Shown here one piece after another: positions 19,689 to 29,708 of a stretch of 64,000 nucleotides of DNA (positions are counted from its first letter, which is position 1; every line of letters starts with the position of its first letter). The stretch lies in assembly GCA_963789265.1 (NCBI GenBank), contig CAWBKB010000001.1:1344001-1408000 (forward strand). The letters are read 5' to 3'. The position numbers and the translations under genes were made by a program. Under the pieces are notes generated by a model. That model was not told where the DNA came from. It worked only from the letters and a program-made list of their open reading frames with translations, and made no database searches. The stretch is from an uncultured delta proteobacterium (GTDB lineage Bacteria; Desulfobacterota; Desulfomonilia; Desulfomonilales; Desulfomonilaceae).

Positions 19689-22600
19689 ATGCCTAACTGC
19701 CTACGTGTACTGATTGTCGAAGATTCGGAAGATGACGCTCTTTTAATGGTCAATGAGTTGGAATGTGCAGGTTTTCAAGTGGCTTACAAACGCGTGCAAA
19801 CAGCGGAACAAACCAGCCATGCTCTGGCCGGGGATATCTGGGACCTCGTTGTCGCGGACTACAAGATGCCTCGTTTTAGCGGAAATGCGGCATTAAAGCT
19901 CGTCAGAGACCGTGGTTTGGATATGCCGTTTATATTGGTGTCCGGCAAAATAGGCGAAGAGACCGCAGTGGAGGCCATGAAGGCGGGCGCTCACGATTAC
20001 GTGATGAAAGATAATTTGACGAGGCTGGTTCCTGCGGTTCAGCGGGAATTACGCGAGGCACAAATCCGTCGAGAACGGAAGCGGGCAGATGAGGCCCTAC
20101 ATGAGAGCGAGTTCCGGTTCCGCCAGATCTACGACCATGCCCCGGTGATGATGCACTCCCTCGACGAGGATGCGGTGATCCGGAACGTCAACACCAAGTG
20201 GCTGAAGGAAATGGGTTACGAGCGGGAGGAGGTCATAGGACGGAAAATTGATTTTTTGATGACCCCGGAATCCAGGCAGCGTCTGTGGGCAGCCCTCGCG
20301 AGATTATGGCGTGAAGAAAAAGTTTCCGACCTTTTTTACCAATACGTGAGAAAGCATGGCGCGGTCATGGACGTGCTACTTGACTCAGTGGTTGTGCACG
20401 ACCCCGTCTGGGGAAAGGTCAGCTTGACTGTGGTTCGCGATATTACGGCCCAAAGGCGCGCTGAAAATGCGCTTCGCGAAAGTGAAGAGCGCTACAGGAC
20501 GCTTATTGAAACCATGAACGAAGGGTTTGGTATTCAAGACGTCAAGGGAATCATCACATACGCAAACCACAAGCTTTGCGAAATGCTCCAGTGTTCGCAG
20601 CAAGAGCTGATTGGACGTTCGGCCAACGATTTCTTCGACGCTTTCGATCAGACAGTGGATCATTTGCCGAAAATGCTTAATGATACCTCTTACGAGGTCA
20701 CTTGGACCGGAAAAAATGGTGGCAGAGTCGCCACGATCATGTCCCCCAGACCGCTTTTCAACTTCCAAGGCGAGTTCATTGGGAGCTGCGCGGTCATAAC
20801 CGATATAAGCGAAAGAAAAAGAAAAGAAGAAGAGGTCTCACGCCTACGCCACCAGTTGGAACTGATCCTGAGTTCGGCCTGGGAGGGGATTCTCGGTTTG
20901 GATCGAGAAGGAAACCACATATTTGTGAACCTTGCTGCCGCGCGGCTCCTTGGGTACGAGGTCGAAGAACTCATTGGGAAAAAGACCCATGCAATCTGGC
21001 ATCACTTCAAGCTGGACGGCAGCCCGTATCCTGAAGAGGAATGTCCTATCTACACTGCCCTCAAAACAGGTATTGCCTATCACTCCACGGACGAGGTTTT
21101 GTGGAAGAAGAACGGAACGAGTCTTACCGCTGAATTCGCTGTCAGCCCTATCAAGGAAGGATCACAGGTGATTGGGGCGGTGGCGACTTTCTGGGACACT
21201 ACACGTCGCAAACGCGATGAACAAGTGATTCGAGCAGCCAGGGAAACACTGGAAGCCATTTTCAATGCCATCACGGAGTCGTTGATCCTGTTGGACAGAG
21301 ATGGACTTGTCGTTTCAATGAATAAAACCGCTGCCGAACGACTTGGCGAGACCGAGGAGAAACTAACCGGGCGCTCAATATACGATCTGCTGGCCCCGGG
21401 CACTGAAAATAGAAGGGCTGAATACGAGACGGTAATTCAATCGCGGAGGCCGTCAAGATTCGAGGACAAGCAGGGAGAGATGATTCTTGACCAGCACGTG
21501 TACCCTGTCTTCGGGCCTGACTCCAGCGTGGAGAGACTCGCAATATTCGCTCGTGACATCACGGAACAAAAGCTTACGGAAGACGAACTCCGTCAAAGCG
21601 AAGAACGTTTCAGAATGATTTTCGAAAGCGCTCGTGACTGTATTTACATCAGGGACCGGAATCAGAAGTACACCCATGTAAATCCCGCTATGGAGAAAAT
21701 CTTTGGCCTTCCGGCGTCCGAACTGATCGGGCGCACTCCCTGTGACCTAATGACTCGAGAACAAGCGGCGTGTACCGGCGGAAGCTGACACCCGTGTCCT
21801 GACAGGCGAAGTTGTGCAAACAGAACATGTTGTAACGATCAGGGGTTCGAACCTCAGAGTTCACACTATCCTGCTTCCGATGCACAACGCGGCTGGGGAG
21901 ATCGTTAGCGTCTGCGGGATTTCGCGTGATGTCACCGACTTGCAGAGAGTGGAATTCCCTCCACATGAGACGATTGAGAAATACCCGTCAAGGGCCATGA
22001 AATCAATACTCAACAACGCAAATCTGGCCGCGAAGAGGAATACCACTGTATTGCTGTTGGGCCAGAGCGGGAGCGGAAAGGATCACCTGGCCAGATACAT
22101 TCACAATCGTTCCAGCCGTGCTGACGGCCCGTTCTTCTCAATCAATTGTGCGGCCATCACGCCATCATTGGCCGAATCGGAGCTGTTCGGCCACGAGCGG
22201 GGAGCTTTTACAGGAGCAGTCGGTCGAAAAAGGGGGCTTCTGGAGTTGGCTGACGCAGGCACACTACTGCTGAATGAAATTGGAGAGCTTTCTCTCCCGT
22301 TGCAGTCTAAGCTCCTTTCTTTTCTGGACACGCGAAAATTCACTCGTGTCGGCGGTGAGAGAGAGATCCGGGTAAATGCCAGACTCATCGCCGCTACCAA
22401 CAAAGACCTTGAGAAAGAAGTTGAAAATGGAACATTTAGAAAAGATCTTCTCTACCGACTCAATGTAATGTCCATAACAGTTCCAGCCCTTCGAGAGAGG
22501 ATCGAGGACATCCCGCTTCTTGTTCAGGAGATCCTATCCAAAATCCGCGTCGAATTGCAACTACCCGAAATCCCTGTCGTCGGCGCGTCAACTATGAATG

Positions 22601-22926
22601 CGCTAAAACAATATGACTGGCCCGGCAACGTCAGAGAGCTTCGAAACGTTCTGGAGCGAGCTTCGATACTGTCCCCGGGTAAAGAAATAAGTCTGCCCTC
22701 TGTGGGATTGCTATCTGCTGAGGACAAGCCGCTCGAAGACTGGTCATTCCAGGTTTCCTTCCCCTCCGACAAGGCTGTAACCGAGATTCTGTACGAACTC
22801 CGGATTGCACTTGCTGACGAGGCTTTGCGCAGATCCAGGGGTAACAGGAAGAATGCGGCGCGCCTGCTCGGGATTTCCCGCGACACTTTCTACAGGTACA
22901 TGAAGAATGGAGCGAAAGATCAATAA
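19689..22926 (+). CDS. REC-multi-PAS sigma54-dependent activator; apparent +1 frameshift at about 21777
   Basis: REC and PAS domains (19689-21788) join EADTRVLTGEV to the AAA+ domain (GQSGSGKD, ESELFGHERGAFTGA, WPGNVREL) and Fis HTH. Confidence 0.85.
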
Positions 22927-22935
22927 TTGAAGACC

Positions 22936-23035
22936 TGTCCGACACTTCGGACACCCCTTAGCGCCGCTGGATTTTCCGGACACATATTGACCTGAAATTA
23001 CTGAGATCAGTGAAGTGTGTCCGATTTGCCGCGCA
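22936..23035. promoter_or_regulatory. Putative upstream activator sites
   Basis: Perfect TGTCCGA-CACT-TCGGACA (22936-22953), plus half-sites at 22976-22982 and 23018-23024. Confidence 0.6.
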
Positions 23036-23091
23036 CATATTATTGAATTAGGGAACTCTCCGGTTCCGCTGACAATCTCCTCTTTGCATGA

Positions 23092-23104
23092 CAACTACTT
23101 GATT
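23092..23104 (-). promoter_or_regulatory. IHF site
   Basis: AATCAAGTAGTTG matches WATCAANNNNTTR, between the activator sites and the sigma54 promoter. Confidence 0.6.
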
Positions 23105-23134
23105 TTACGTTTACTCTGCCACGGAATCGTGCTT

Positions 23135-23150
23135 TGGCATGGAAAGTGCT
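23135..23150 (+). promoter_or_regulatory. Sigma54 -24/-12 promoter
   Basis: TGGCATGGAAAGTGCT, GG-N10-GC spacing. Confidence 0.7.
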
Positions 23151-23424
23151 CTTCAATCTTCATAAATCTCGCCCCAATTAGTACGACCTGCGGCAGGCTC
23201 CGGCAAAGTTCGGTAATTGAGTGGGAAATATATTTGAATTTGGGGGGGGAGTTCCCAAAAGGAAGACCCGGGGCGAGGTTTTCTAAGTTCATCCGGCAAT
23301 TATCTCCCCCCAGTCGGGTGAACTGCTCGGTCTCGCACGAAGACGAGGTACGGAAACGTTACAGGGGGTCTTTGGGGTCGAACTATCAAGAAAAAAGAAT
23401 ATGGAATTTGATATGAGGTGATGG

Positions 23425-23701
23425 ATGTTGAAAGAAAAACTGATTGACGATCTCATCGAAGCTGGATGGTGTGTGTTGGATACTTACTTTAGCGAAGCAG
23501 CATTTCAGAACTGGCGGGAACGGGCCCTCGTATGCCTGACCGATCTCCTTGGTCCTGAACATGTGTATGTCCAACAATTTAACGATTGCCTACGACAGAG
23601 CGAAAAACTCAACCTCATGGCAGGAGCGGGAGTTTCTCGTAGCGGCCAAAGAAATCGCGGCCAAGACGAACCCGGATGCCGGCCGTGCCCTTCACTCCTA
23701 A
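23425..23701 (+). CDS. Small hypothetical protein (about 91 aa); probable +1 frameshift at about 23634
   Basis: GAGGTG RBS. Removing one T gives ...LNLMAGAGVLVAAKEIAAKTNPDAGRALHS*. The uncorrected ORF ends at 23712. Confidence 0.6.
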
Positions 23702-23718
23702 ACGACGGATGAGATCCT

Positions 23719-23910
23719 ATGCATCGTATCATAAATTTCGGCTATCACATTTTGCGAGGTGTTATTCCTCAACGAGAATGCGACCGCTTTATGTCGGATG
23801 TGGCTTCACACATTGTGTCCGAAGCCGAGCATCTTGAAATGGAACTCTTTGCGATTAAGGAGAAAGTGGCGGAGTTTGAGGATCGTCTGAAAAGAGTGGC
23901 AGAATACTAA
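23719..23910 (+). CDS. Small hypothetical protein with coiled-coil tail
   Basis: 63-aa ORF directly downstream, heptad pattern LFAIKEKVAEFEDRLKRV. Confidence 0.5.
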   Translation: MHRIINFGYHILRGVIPQRECDRFMSDVASHIVSEAEHLEMELFAIKEKVAEFEDRLKRVAEY

Positions 23911-23954
23911 GGCCTTTGACTCATAAAGTCAGCAACGTATTTCGGGTACAAGTA

Positions 23955-24011
23955 GTGGGACAGGCATCTTGCCTGTCATTTCATGATCGACAGGCAAGAT
24001 GCCTGTCCCAC
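23955..24011. repeat. GGCATCTTGCC-core REP doublet
   Basis: GTGGGACAGGCATCTTGCCTGTC...GACAGGCAAGATGCCTGTCCCAC, perfect 23-bp inverted repeat. Confidence 0.8.
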
Positions 24012-24108
24012 CAATACCGTGGCCCCGAAGCCTCGCTCATTGTCCTTGGTTGGAAAATGTGTCACTCGAATCATGAATTGGGCCACTAAGCATTCGGACA
24101 ATTCTTGC

Positions 24109-24834
24109 TCATCCTGCGAACGCATGTTGGCCGTTCAACTGCATAGAGGACGGAATTTCAAAGCGTTCTCGCATACGTTCTATACGTCCCTGTCCGAATT
24201 CTTCTATTCGGCCAAAATCGTAGTTCAGCGTGTCAATATTTCGGAAACCCTGAACAATGTAGCGCTTCACATTTCCCAAGGCACGTCTGATACGTTCCAA
24301 CTGAGGTTCCTCCACGAGCCCTGGAATTGCGGTTGTCCGAAAGGTAACTTGCAGGTCTGAGTATCTCAAAATGTCTATGCTTCGTGTGATAAGACCGAGA
24401 TCGATCGGCATTCCGGCCGCCCGAGAGTATTCCTCCGAGGTTAGAGGAGCTTTGATGTCCATAGAGACAGCGTCTACGAGCCTCAAGTCGATCAGAGCTT
24501 CCAGCATTTCAGGATTAGAGCCGTTGGTGTCCAGCTTGATCTTCAGTTTTCGGTGACGAAAGATCCTTAGCAGGTTGGGTAAAGACTTGTGGATCGTCGG
24601 CTCTCCTCCGGTAACGGTGATTCCGTCGATCCAGTTACCCCGGGCGTCCAGACTCCGCAGGATCTCCTCGACAGGATAATCGGGCAACGATCGGGGTTCC
24701 AATACCAGGTTGCGATTGTGGCACGCGGGACATCGGAATCCGCATCCACCGAGGAAAATCACGGAGCAAATCGTGCCGGGCCAGTCAAGAAAAGAGGTTG
24801 GTATAAACCCTTTGATGTGGAATGTATCGTTCAT
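24109..24834 (-). CDS. nrdG: Anaerobic ribonucleotide reductase activating radical-SAM enzyme
   Basis: GCGFRCPACHN, TGGEPT, KLDTNGS; downstream of nrdD. Confidence 0.92.
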   Translation of the reverse strand: MNDTFHIKGFIPTSFLDWPGTICSVIFLGGCGFRCPACHNRNLVLEPRSLPDYPVEEILRSLDARGNWIDGITVTGGEPTIHKSLPNLLRIFRHRKLKIKLDTNGSNPEMLEALIDLRLVDAVSMDIKAPLTSEEYSRAAGMPIDLGLITRSIDILRYSDLQVTFRTTAIPGLVEEPQLERIRRALGNVKRYIVQGFRNIDTLNYDFGRIEEFGQGRIERMRERFEIPSSMQLNGQHAFAG

Positions 24835-24945
24835 AGTATCGCCGTCCTGTCGGAACTCTCGGAGAGTAAGATTTGGGGGTGGAACTTATTTGATTAAGTT
24901 CCACCCCGGACCCCCTCCCGGCATAATCGGGCTATGGTTCACTGC

Positions 24946-25197
24946 TCAACTGCAGTGCTTCGTGAGATACTTTCTGATGTTTACTGCGCCGGTAATCACG
25001 TCTTCGGAATCGGATACCAGGATAGGAAGTTTCTTTTCCGAGAGCGACACGCATTCGTAATATGCCAATAAGGCAAGGGCTTCCGGATCCTCCCGGTTCA
25101 GAGTCATCACCGTAAGATCTTTCATGCTGCCGAGATCCACATTGGCTTTCACCCAATCGCACTTTCCGCAACCCTCTTTCGTAAAAAGATAAGTCAT
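24946..25197 (-). CDS. Glutaredoxin/NrdH-like CxxC protein
   Basis: LFTKEGCGKC, KLPILV cis-Pro-like motif; GGAGG RBS before ATG 25197. Confidence 0.75.
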   Translation of the reverse strand: MTYLFTKEGCGKCDWVKANVDLGSMKDLTVMTLNREDPEALALLAYYECVSLSEKKLPILVSDSEDVITGAVNIRKYLTKHCS

Positions 25198-25274
25198 AGC
25201 CAACCTCCAATTCAAAATCTCTTATGGGTTACCCCTGGTCTGTGGCACCGCAAACATACAAAGGTTCCAGTTCT

Positions 25275-25670
25275 TCATTGCCGATTTCGGTCAGCTCCCC
25301 CAGGTCCAAAGGGCCGATAAGAAGACGAACCGAAGGAGGACGGGGGACCTGGATCGCTTGATTTCGAGCCCGATGGAGCCCAGTTACGAAGTAGTATTCG
25401 CAGCAGTTCCTCCAGGTCTGGACTTGCCTGGCGACTCCGGTTGGCGCTGCACTGCAAGGGACGAAGGTTCCTAATGTGATCAGAACCCCATTGATCAACA
25501 GGTAAGATGTGGTCAATCTCCCAGCCCTGAGCATCCCACCAATGCCCATAACGATCTCTCCTAATCGGATTGCCATAATCATCGTATCGAATGTACTCAG
25601 GGTCTCCGCCCCATGCGGGCCTGGCTTTCTCCCATACTTTTTGAATTGTCGTTGGATCCCATGTGCTCAT
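25275..25670 (-). CDS. Stand-alone HNH endonuclease domain protein
   Basis: GWEIDHILPVDQWGSDHIRNLRPLQCSANR; AGGAG RBS. Confidence 0.82.
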   Translation of the reverse strand: MSTWDPTTIQKVWEKARPAWGGDPEYIRYDDYGNPIRRDRYGHWWDAQGWEIDHILPVDQWGSDHIRNLRPLQCSANRSRQASPDLEELLRILLRNWAPSGSKSSDPGPPSSFGSSSYRPFGPGGADRNRQ

Positions 25671-25718
25671 GGTTGACTCCTAATCTGCGACCAGAGGAGG
25701 CCAGCATGCTAATCAATC

Positions 25719-27842
25719 TCAACTCTCATCCAATCCGACGTTGAGACTGAGGTTTCTGTATCTATCCTTCAGTTCGCCTCTTTTGCCCTTGTTCCAGCTC
25801 GAGACCTTCGTGAAGTAGCCGGTGATTCTCGTGATTTGCTCTACACGGTCAGACTTGCAATATAGACACAAGTCGTGAAGCCCTCGGCTGGTCCGTCCGC
25901 ATGAGACGCAAGTCGTCAGTTCAGGAGAAAAAGCAACTTGATCGTTCTGTGTCAGCCTGAACGTTTTAACCACAAAGTTCGCCAGGGACTCCGCGCTCGG
26001 GCGGCTCTCTCCAAGCCACACATGAGTAAGGGAGCCGGCCTCGATCAACGGATGGAACAGGCCTTCTTTCTTGACTCGTTCGATGGGATCCACAGCGGCC
26101 CCGACGTTAAAGAGCGTGGAATTCGTATAATAGATCTCTTCGAGGCCGAGATTCCCTTTTACGACTTTCTGGGTTTCAGGAAAGAGCTTCATGTCCAGCT
26201 TGGCAAAACGATACGCGGTGCTCTCCGCAGGTGTCTGCTCCAACACAAATCGCATATTGTACTTCTTGCCCAGACGGTTCGCGACCAGATTCATGTGAGC
26301 TATCACCTTCAGCCCGAACTTGATGGCCTCTTTGCTTTCGTGAAGTTCTTCGCCTGTGTGGTACTGGACCAACTCGTTGAGCCCCACCATGCCGATCAAG
26401 TACGTGACCCGGTGCATTCTCAGGTAAGACTCTCCATCCCGATCCATGGTGAGAAGAGCCAGCGGGCCGGTTTCTCCTAGAGCTAGCAGACGCTCGATAA
26501 ACGCTTTTTTCTGCAGATGGGCTTCGGCCGCCAGAGAAATCCTCTCAGCGATAAGGGAGTATAGCCTGGCGTCATCGCCTGCCGCTTCGTAGGAAATGCG
26601 GGGAAGATTGATGGTGACGTTTTGCAAAGCAGAGTATCGCATCTTCCAGGGCTGGACCGCGTCGTCGAGATCGCTCTTCTCCAACTTGAAGGACAAGCGG
26701 CAACACTCCGATATCTTGGCGGTCTCCCCTCTGTCAAACACGAAGTAAGTGTTTCCTTTTTCCGAGGCTATGTCACAAATGTGGTGCAGAAACTCTTCAT
26801 GCCCGGGAGTTTTGAAGAACTTTTCCGTAATATGAACCAGAGGCTTCGGGAAGAAAAAGGGACGCCCTGCGCCGTCACCTTCGCGGTAAATGTCGAAAAG
26901 CGTCCAGACGAAATTCTGAGCCTCGGGGAGGTATTCTGCGTACGTGTGGCCGGTAAAGGTCCCTCCCGGTCCTATCGCCGGCACATTTTCAAAGTGCTTC
27001 GGGATTTCCCAATACAAATTGATGTCAGTGAAGATAGCCTGGCCGCCTCTGGCCACGGCCTGTTGAGAGAATTCAAATATCAACATCTGTGCCAATTGGC
27101 GCACTTCTCTTTTTGGTAGCCCCCTGAGGTAGGGCGCAAAAAAGAGATTCACGGCATCCCAGCCTATAGCGCCCGCAAAATGGCTCTGCAAAGCCGCTGC
27201 AAACTTTACCATGTGGGCCAGCAGCACCTCAGGATGCTTGGCCGGATTGGCCATAGCAAGCGAATTGGGCAAGTTCAGACCGAACTTCTTAATGTATTCC
27301 AGTGATTGGCCGGAGCAATAGGGTCTGTCGATAAAACCCAAGTCGTGAAGATGAATGTCGCCTCGCATGTGGGCGTCGCCGACACTCTGATCGAAAACAT
27401 TTAGCAGAGCGTATTCCTTCTTTATATTTTCCGCCAAGGTCAGGTTTGTGGCCTCAGGCCCATGAGGCACATTAGCATTCTCTTTGTTCGGACGCGTGAT
27501 AAGTTGATCCACATCGTACAACGGCACCCCAAGCCGAGTGTGCAGGCGCCGCTCAGCTTCCAATCCTCTCTCCAGGAGCTTCGCGTTAACCATCTCTCTA
27601 ATGAGAGGGGAAGTGATAACTTTGATACCGCTTCGCTTTATGTCATTTTCGACTTCGAGGCTGATATCTTCTGCAGTTCCTTCATCAATAAACGTTTCTC
27701 GGAGCAGTGCATCCACGATCCTGCTGCGATCCCAACCATCCATGGCTTCACTGGAGGTCCTGACGAATAGAGCCATATCGGTAGTTTCAAGATGACGCGG
27801 ACTTTCTTTCCTGTACTCCTTGATCTCACTTACGCTAGCCAT
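25719..27842 (-). CDS. nrdD: Class III (anaerobic) ribonucleoside-triphosphate reductase
   Basis: N-terminal ATP cone, HLHDLG, RPYC, SECCRL, QTPAES, YYTNS, CxxC..CxxC, ITRITGY glycyl loop. Alternative start at 27869. Confidence 0.95.
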   Translation of the reverse strand: MASVSEIKEYRKESPRHLETTDMALFVRTSSEAMDGWDRSRIVDALLRETFIDEGTAEDISLEVENDIKRSGIKVITSPLIREMVNAKLLERGLEAERRLHTRLGVPLYDVDQLITRPNKENANVPHGPEATNLTLAENIKKEYALLNVFDQSVGDAHMRGDIHLHDLGFIDRPYCSGQSLEYIKKFGLNLPNSLAMANPAKHPEVLLAHMVKFAAALQSHFAGAIGWDAVNLFFAPYLRGLPKREVRQLAQMLIFEFSQQAVARGGQAIFTDINLYWEIPKHFENVPAIGPGGTFTGHTYAEYLPEAQNFVWTLFDIYREGDGAGRPFFFPKPLVHITEKFFKTPGHEEFLHHICDIASEKGNTYFVFDRGETAKISECCRLSFKLEKSDLDDAVQPWKMRYSALQNVTINLPRISYEAAGDDARLYSLIAERISLAAEAHLQKKAFIERLLALGETGPLALLTMDRDGESYLRMHRVTYLIGMVGLNELVQYHTGEELHESKEAIKFGLKVIAHMNLVANRLGKKYNMRFVLEQTPAESTAYRFAKLDMKLFPETQKVVKGNLGLEEIYYTNSTLFNVGAAVDPIERVKKEGLFHPLIEAGSLTHVWLGESRPSAESLANFVVKTFRLTQNDQVAFSPELTTCVSCGRTSRGLHDLCLYCKSDRVEQITRITGYFTKVSSWNKGKRGELKDRYRNLSLNVGLDES

Positions 27843-28126
27843 AGCAATCCCCCATTCTATTGATGCCATCTGTAGTTAGCCTTTATGTCCTTTCGGCTCA
27901 ACTCTTCCTGCCGGATTCCAGGCCCCGAACCCAACCGGCACCGGTATTCCGGTTAAGACTTCGGCGCGCAGGTCACGCTTAGCACTAGCGGCCAAACCAA
28001 ACTCACATCCCCCTTGCCTTGTTCTTTATTATAAAGCTTTCTTCCGGGAGCTTCGGGACTGCTGGATACTTATTCCAAAAGTACCCGGAATTCAGTGCTG
28101 AATGACACTTTGATGCCGCCAACGCA

Positions 28127-28173
28127 GCGGATCATCTTGTGGGGTGCATCTTTATCGCCACAACATCTAGTGT
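28127..28173 (-). promoter_or_regulatory. NrdR boxes (one strong, one degenerate)
   Basis: ACACTAGATGTTGTGG (28158-28173) abuts a minus-strand TTGACA (28173-28178). A second partial box lies 31 bp away (28127-28142). Confidence 0.75.
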
Positions 28174-28401
28174 GTCAAGGAGAAAAATTGTGACCTGATG
28201 TCCGCGAGGGGTATACATCCGAAATTGCGGCCTATATTTTTTAAACTAATAATATTACTAAATTAAGCATAAACCCTCGAAAAACTGAAAGGCCCGGCCC
28301 CCTGTTTTCTACATCCGAACGGACGCGGTCGCGTGACACCGGGGGGCGACGGACGCATCCACTCCTAAAGCAATGTCGGGCCTCATAAAATGAGACGATT
28401 C

Positions 28402-28857
28402 CTAGCCGACTCGAACACTGTCCGAGTTGCGCAGAATTATGTATATAAACTCTTCATCGGTATAAGGGACTGTGGGAAAAGGTCTGTTCCAGTACTTGCG
28501 GGATTGAGCGGCCAGATCTGCGAGCTGCATGCTTCCGCCCGCTTTGGCCAGAACTGCTTGAATCACGGTCATTAATGGAGTTCGAATCTCGACATCCCCT
28601 TTTTTGTTGAGTTTCTCCACATCGGCAAGTGAAGGAGCGGACGCGAGATCCCCAAGAAGTGAAACGGTCACTTTACTGATATCGCCCTGAAATGCGCTCG
28701 TCAACGAGGTGCGAGGCCTCGGGATATTCCTCGCGGAAGCAAGCTCCGGCGCCTCAAGATCCTCCGTTTCATCCGCTTCGGGCGCGATCACGTCCGAGAT
28801 TTCGGCCTCAGATTGCGCTTTGGCAACCTTTCCTTTTGTTTTCACCTTTGCAGACAT
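28402..28857 (-). CDS. Hypothetical protein, possible C-terminal winged helix
   Basis: GGAGG RBS before ATG 28857, charged low-complexity N-terminus, helical C-terminus. Confidence 0.7.
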   Translation of the reverse strand: MSAKVKTKGKVAKAQSEAEISDVIAPEADETEDLEAPELASARNIPRPRTSLTSAFQGDISKVTVSLLGDLASAPSLADVEKLNKKGDVEIRTPLMTVIQAVLAKAGGSMQLADLAAQSRKYWNRPFPTVPYTDEEFIYIILRNSDSVRVG

Positions 28858-29013
28858 AGCATCCTCCTGTGAGACCTCCTCATCGACCGGATTAGCAGTC
28901 ACGTGGCTTAGGTGCGCGTTACGTTCCCAGCCCCATACCCCGCGGCCACAATTGCCAAGCGCCCCCGCTCTGACTTGGAAGCGATCTCATTGAAATATTT
29001 CATAAATTAGGCG

Positions 29014-29042
29014 ATTTTAGGCGCGCCGCCTACTTTTGTCAA
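29014..29042 (-). promoter_or_regulatory. Near-consensus sigma70 promoter
   Basis: TTGACA, 17 bp, TAAAAT on the minus strand. Confidence 0.75.
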
Positions 29043-29154
29043 TGATTTAATGATTCAGGCCGTCACCCGGGCATAGCCGCGCAAAATCTCATCGTGCAAT
29101 CACAGAAGATCCGCAACCGCTTGATTTTGTTTCACGCGCTATCGCCCGACGGTA

Positions 29155-29700
29155 TCAGAACTTCGGCAGCAGAAACGGCCTACTCTTCTTATATTCCTCG
29201 TATTCTAAACCGTATCTGAGTTGCAGCTCCTTTTCTTCGATCAATTTGATGTAGCAACTCCCTATAACCAGGCCGAGCAGAAGCATGACGATGCCGATCG
29301 TTATTGAACCGTAGTAGATCCCTGTACCAAGATAATATAGCAAAGCCCCAAACGCCATGGGATTTCGGCACAATTTGTACGGGCCCGACACGATGAGTTT
29401 CTTGGGTGGTGCGACTGGAACCGCAGTGCCTTTGCCCACTGTTAGGAAAGTCAAAACAGACCATGCCATAAAGAACAGGCCGACGATTGCGCACACCGCA
29501 CTGACGCCGAGTTCCAGAAGCTTCGTTCGTTCCGCAAGGACAAATTTGTCCAGAGCATATCCCGCGAGGAAGAGAAATACAGGGATAACAAGGACAAAGG
29601 CCACTGCTCCGGCCAGCCCTATCGCTATCCTGTGACTGAGGGGCCGCTCTTTCCGGGTGGCCTCAACCAGACGTTCCACATACCTCTGAAGAGCCATCAT
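29155..29700 (-). CDS. Isoprenylcysteine carboxylmethyltransferase/PEMT family membrane protein
   Basis: GKGT..P..PPKKLIVSGPY..CRNPM, EEKEL..RYG..YEEY. Confidence 0.85.
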   Translation of the reverse strand: MMALQRYVERLVEATRKERPLSHRIAIGLAGAVAFVLVIPVFLFLAGYALDKFVLAERTKLLELGVSAVCAIVGLFFMAWSVLTFLTVGKGTAVPVAPPKKLIVSGPYKLCRNPMAFGALLYYLGTGIYYGSITIGIVMLLLGLVIGSCYIKLIEEKELQLRYGLEYEEYKKSRPFLLPKF

Positions 29701-29708
29701 TCCACTCC

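Noticed and set aside
21786..21788. TGA as selenocysteine or readthrough
   Set aside because: The continuation is in a different frame, so it is a frameshift
23907..24090. Possible MITE bounded by CTAAG repeats around the REP doublet
   Set aside because: Terminal inverted repeat too degenerate to support
27870..28125. Cobalamin riboswitch in the nrdD leader
   Set aside because: No B12-box or other conserved blocks recognisable
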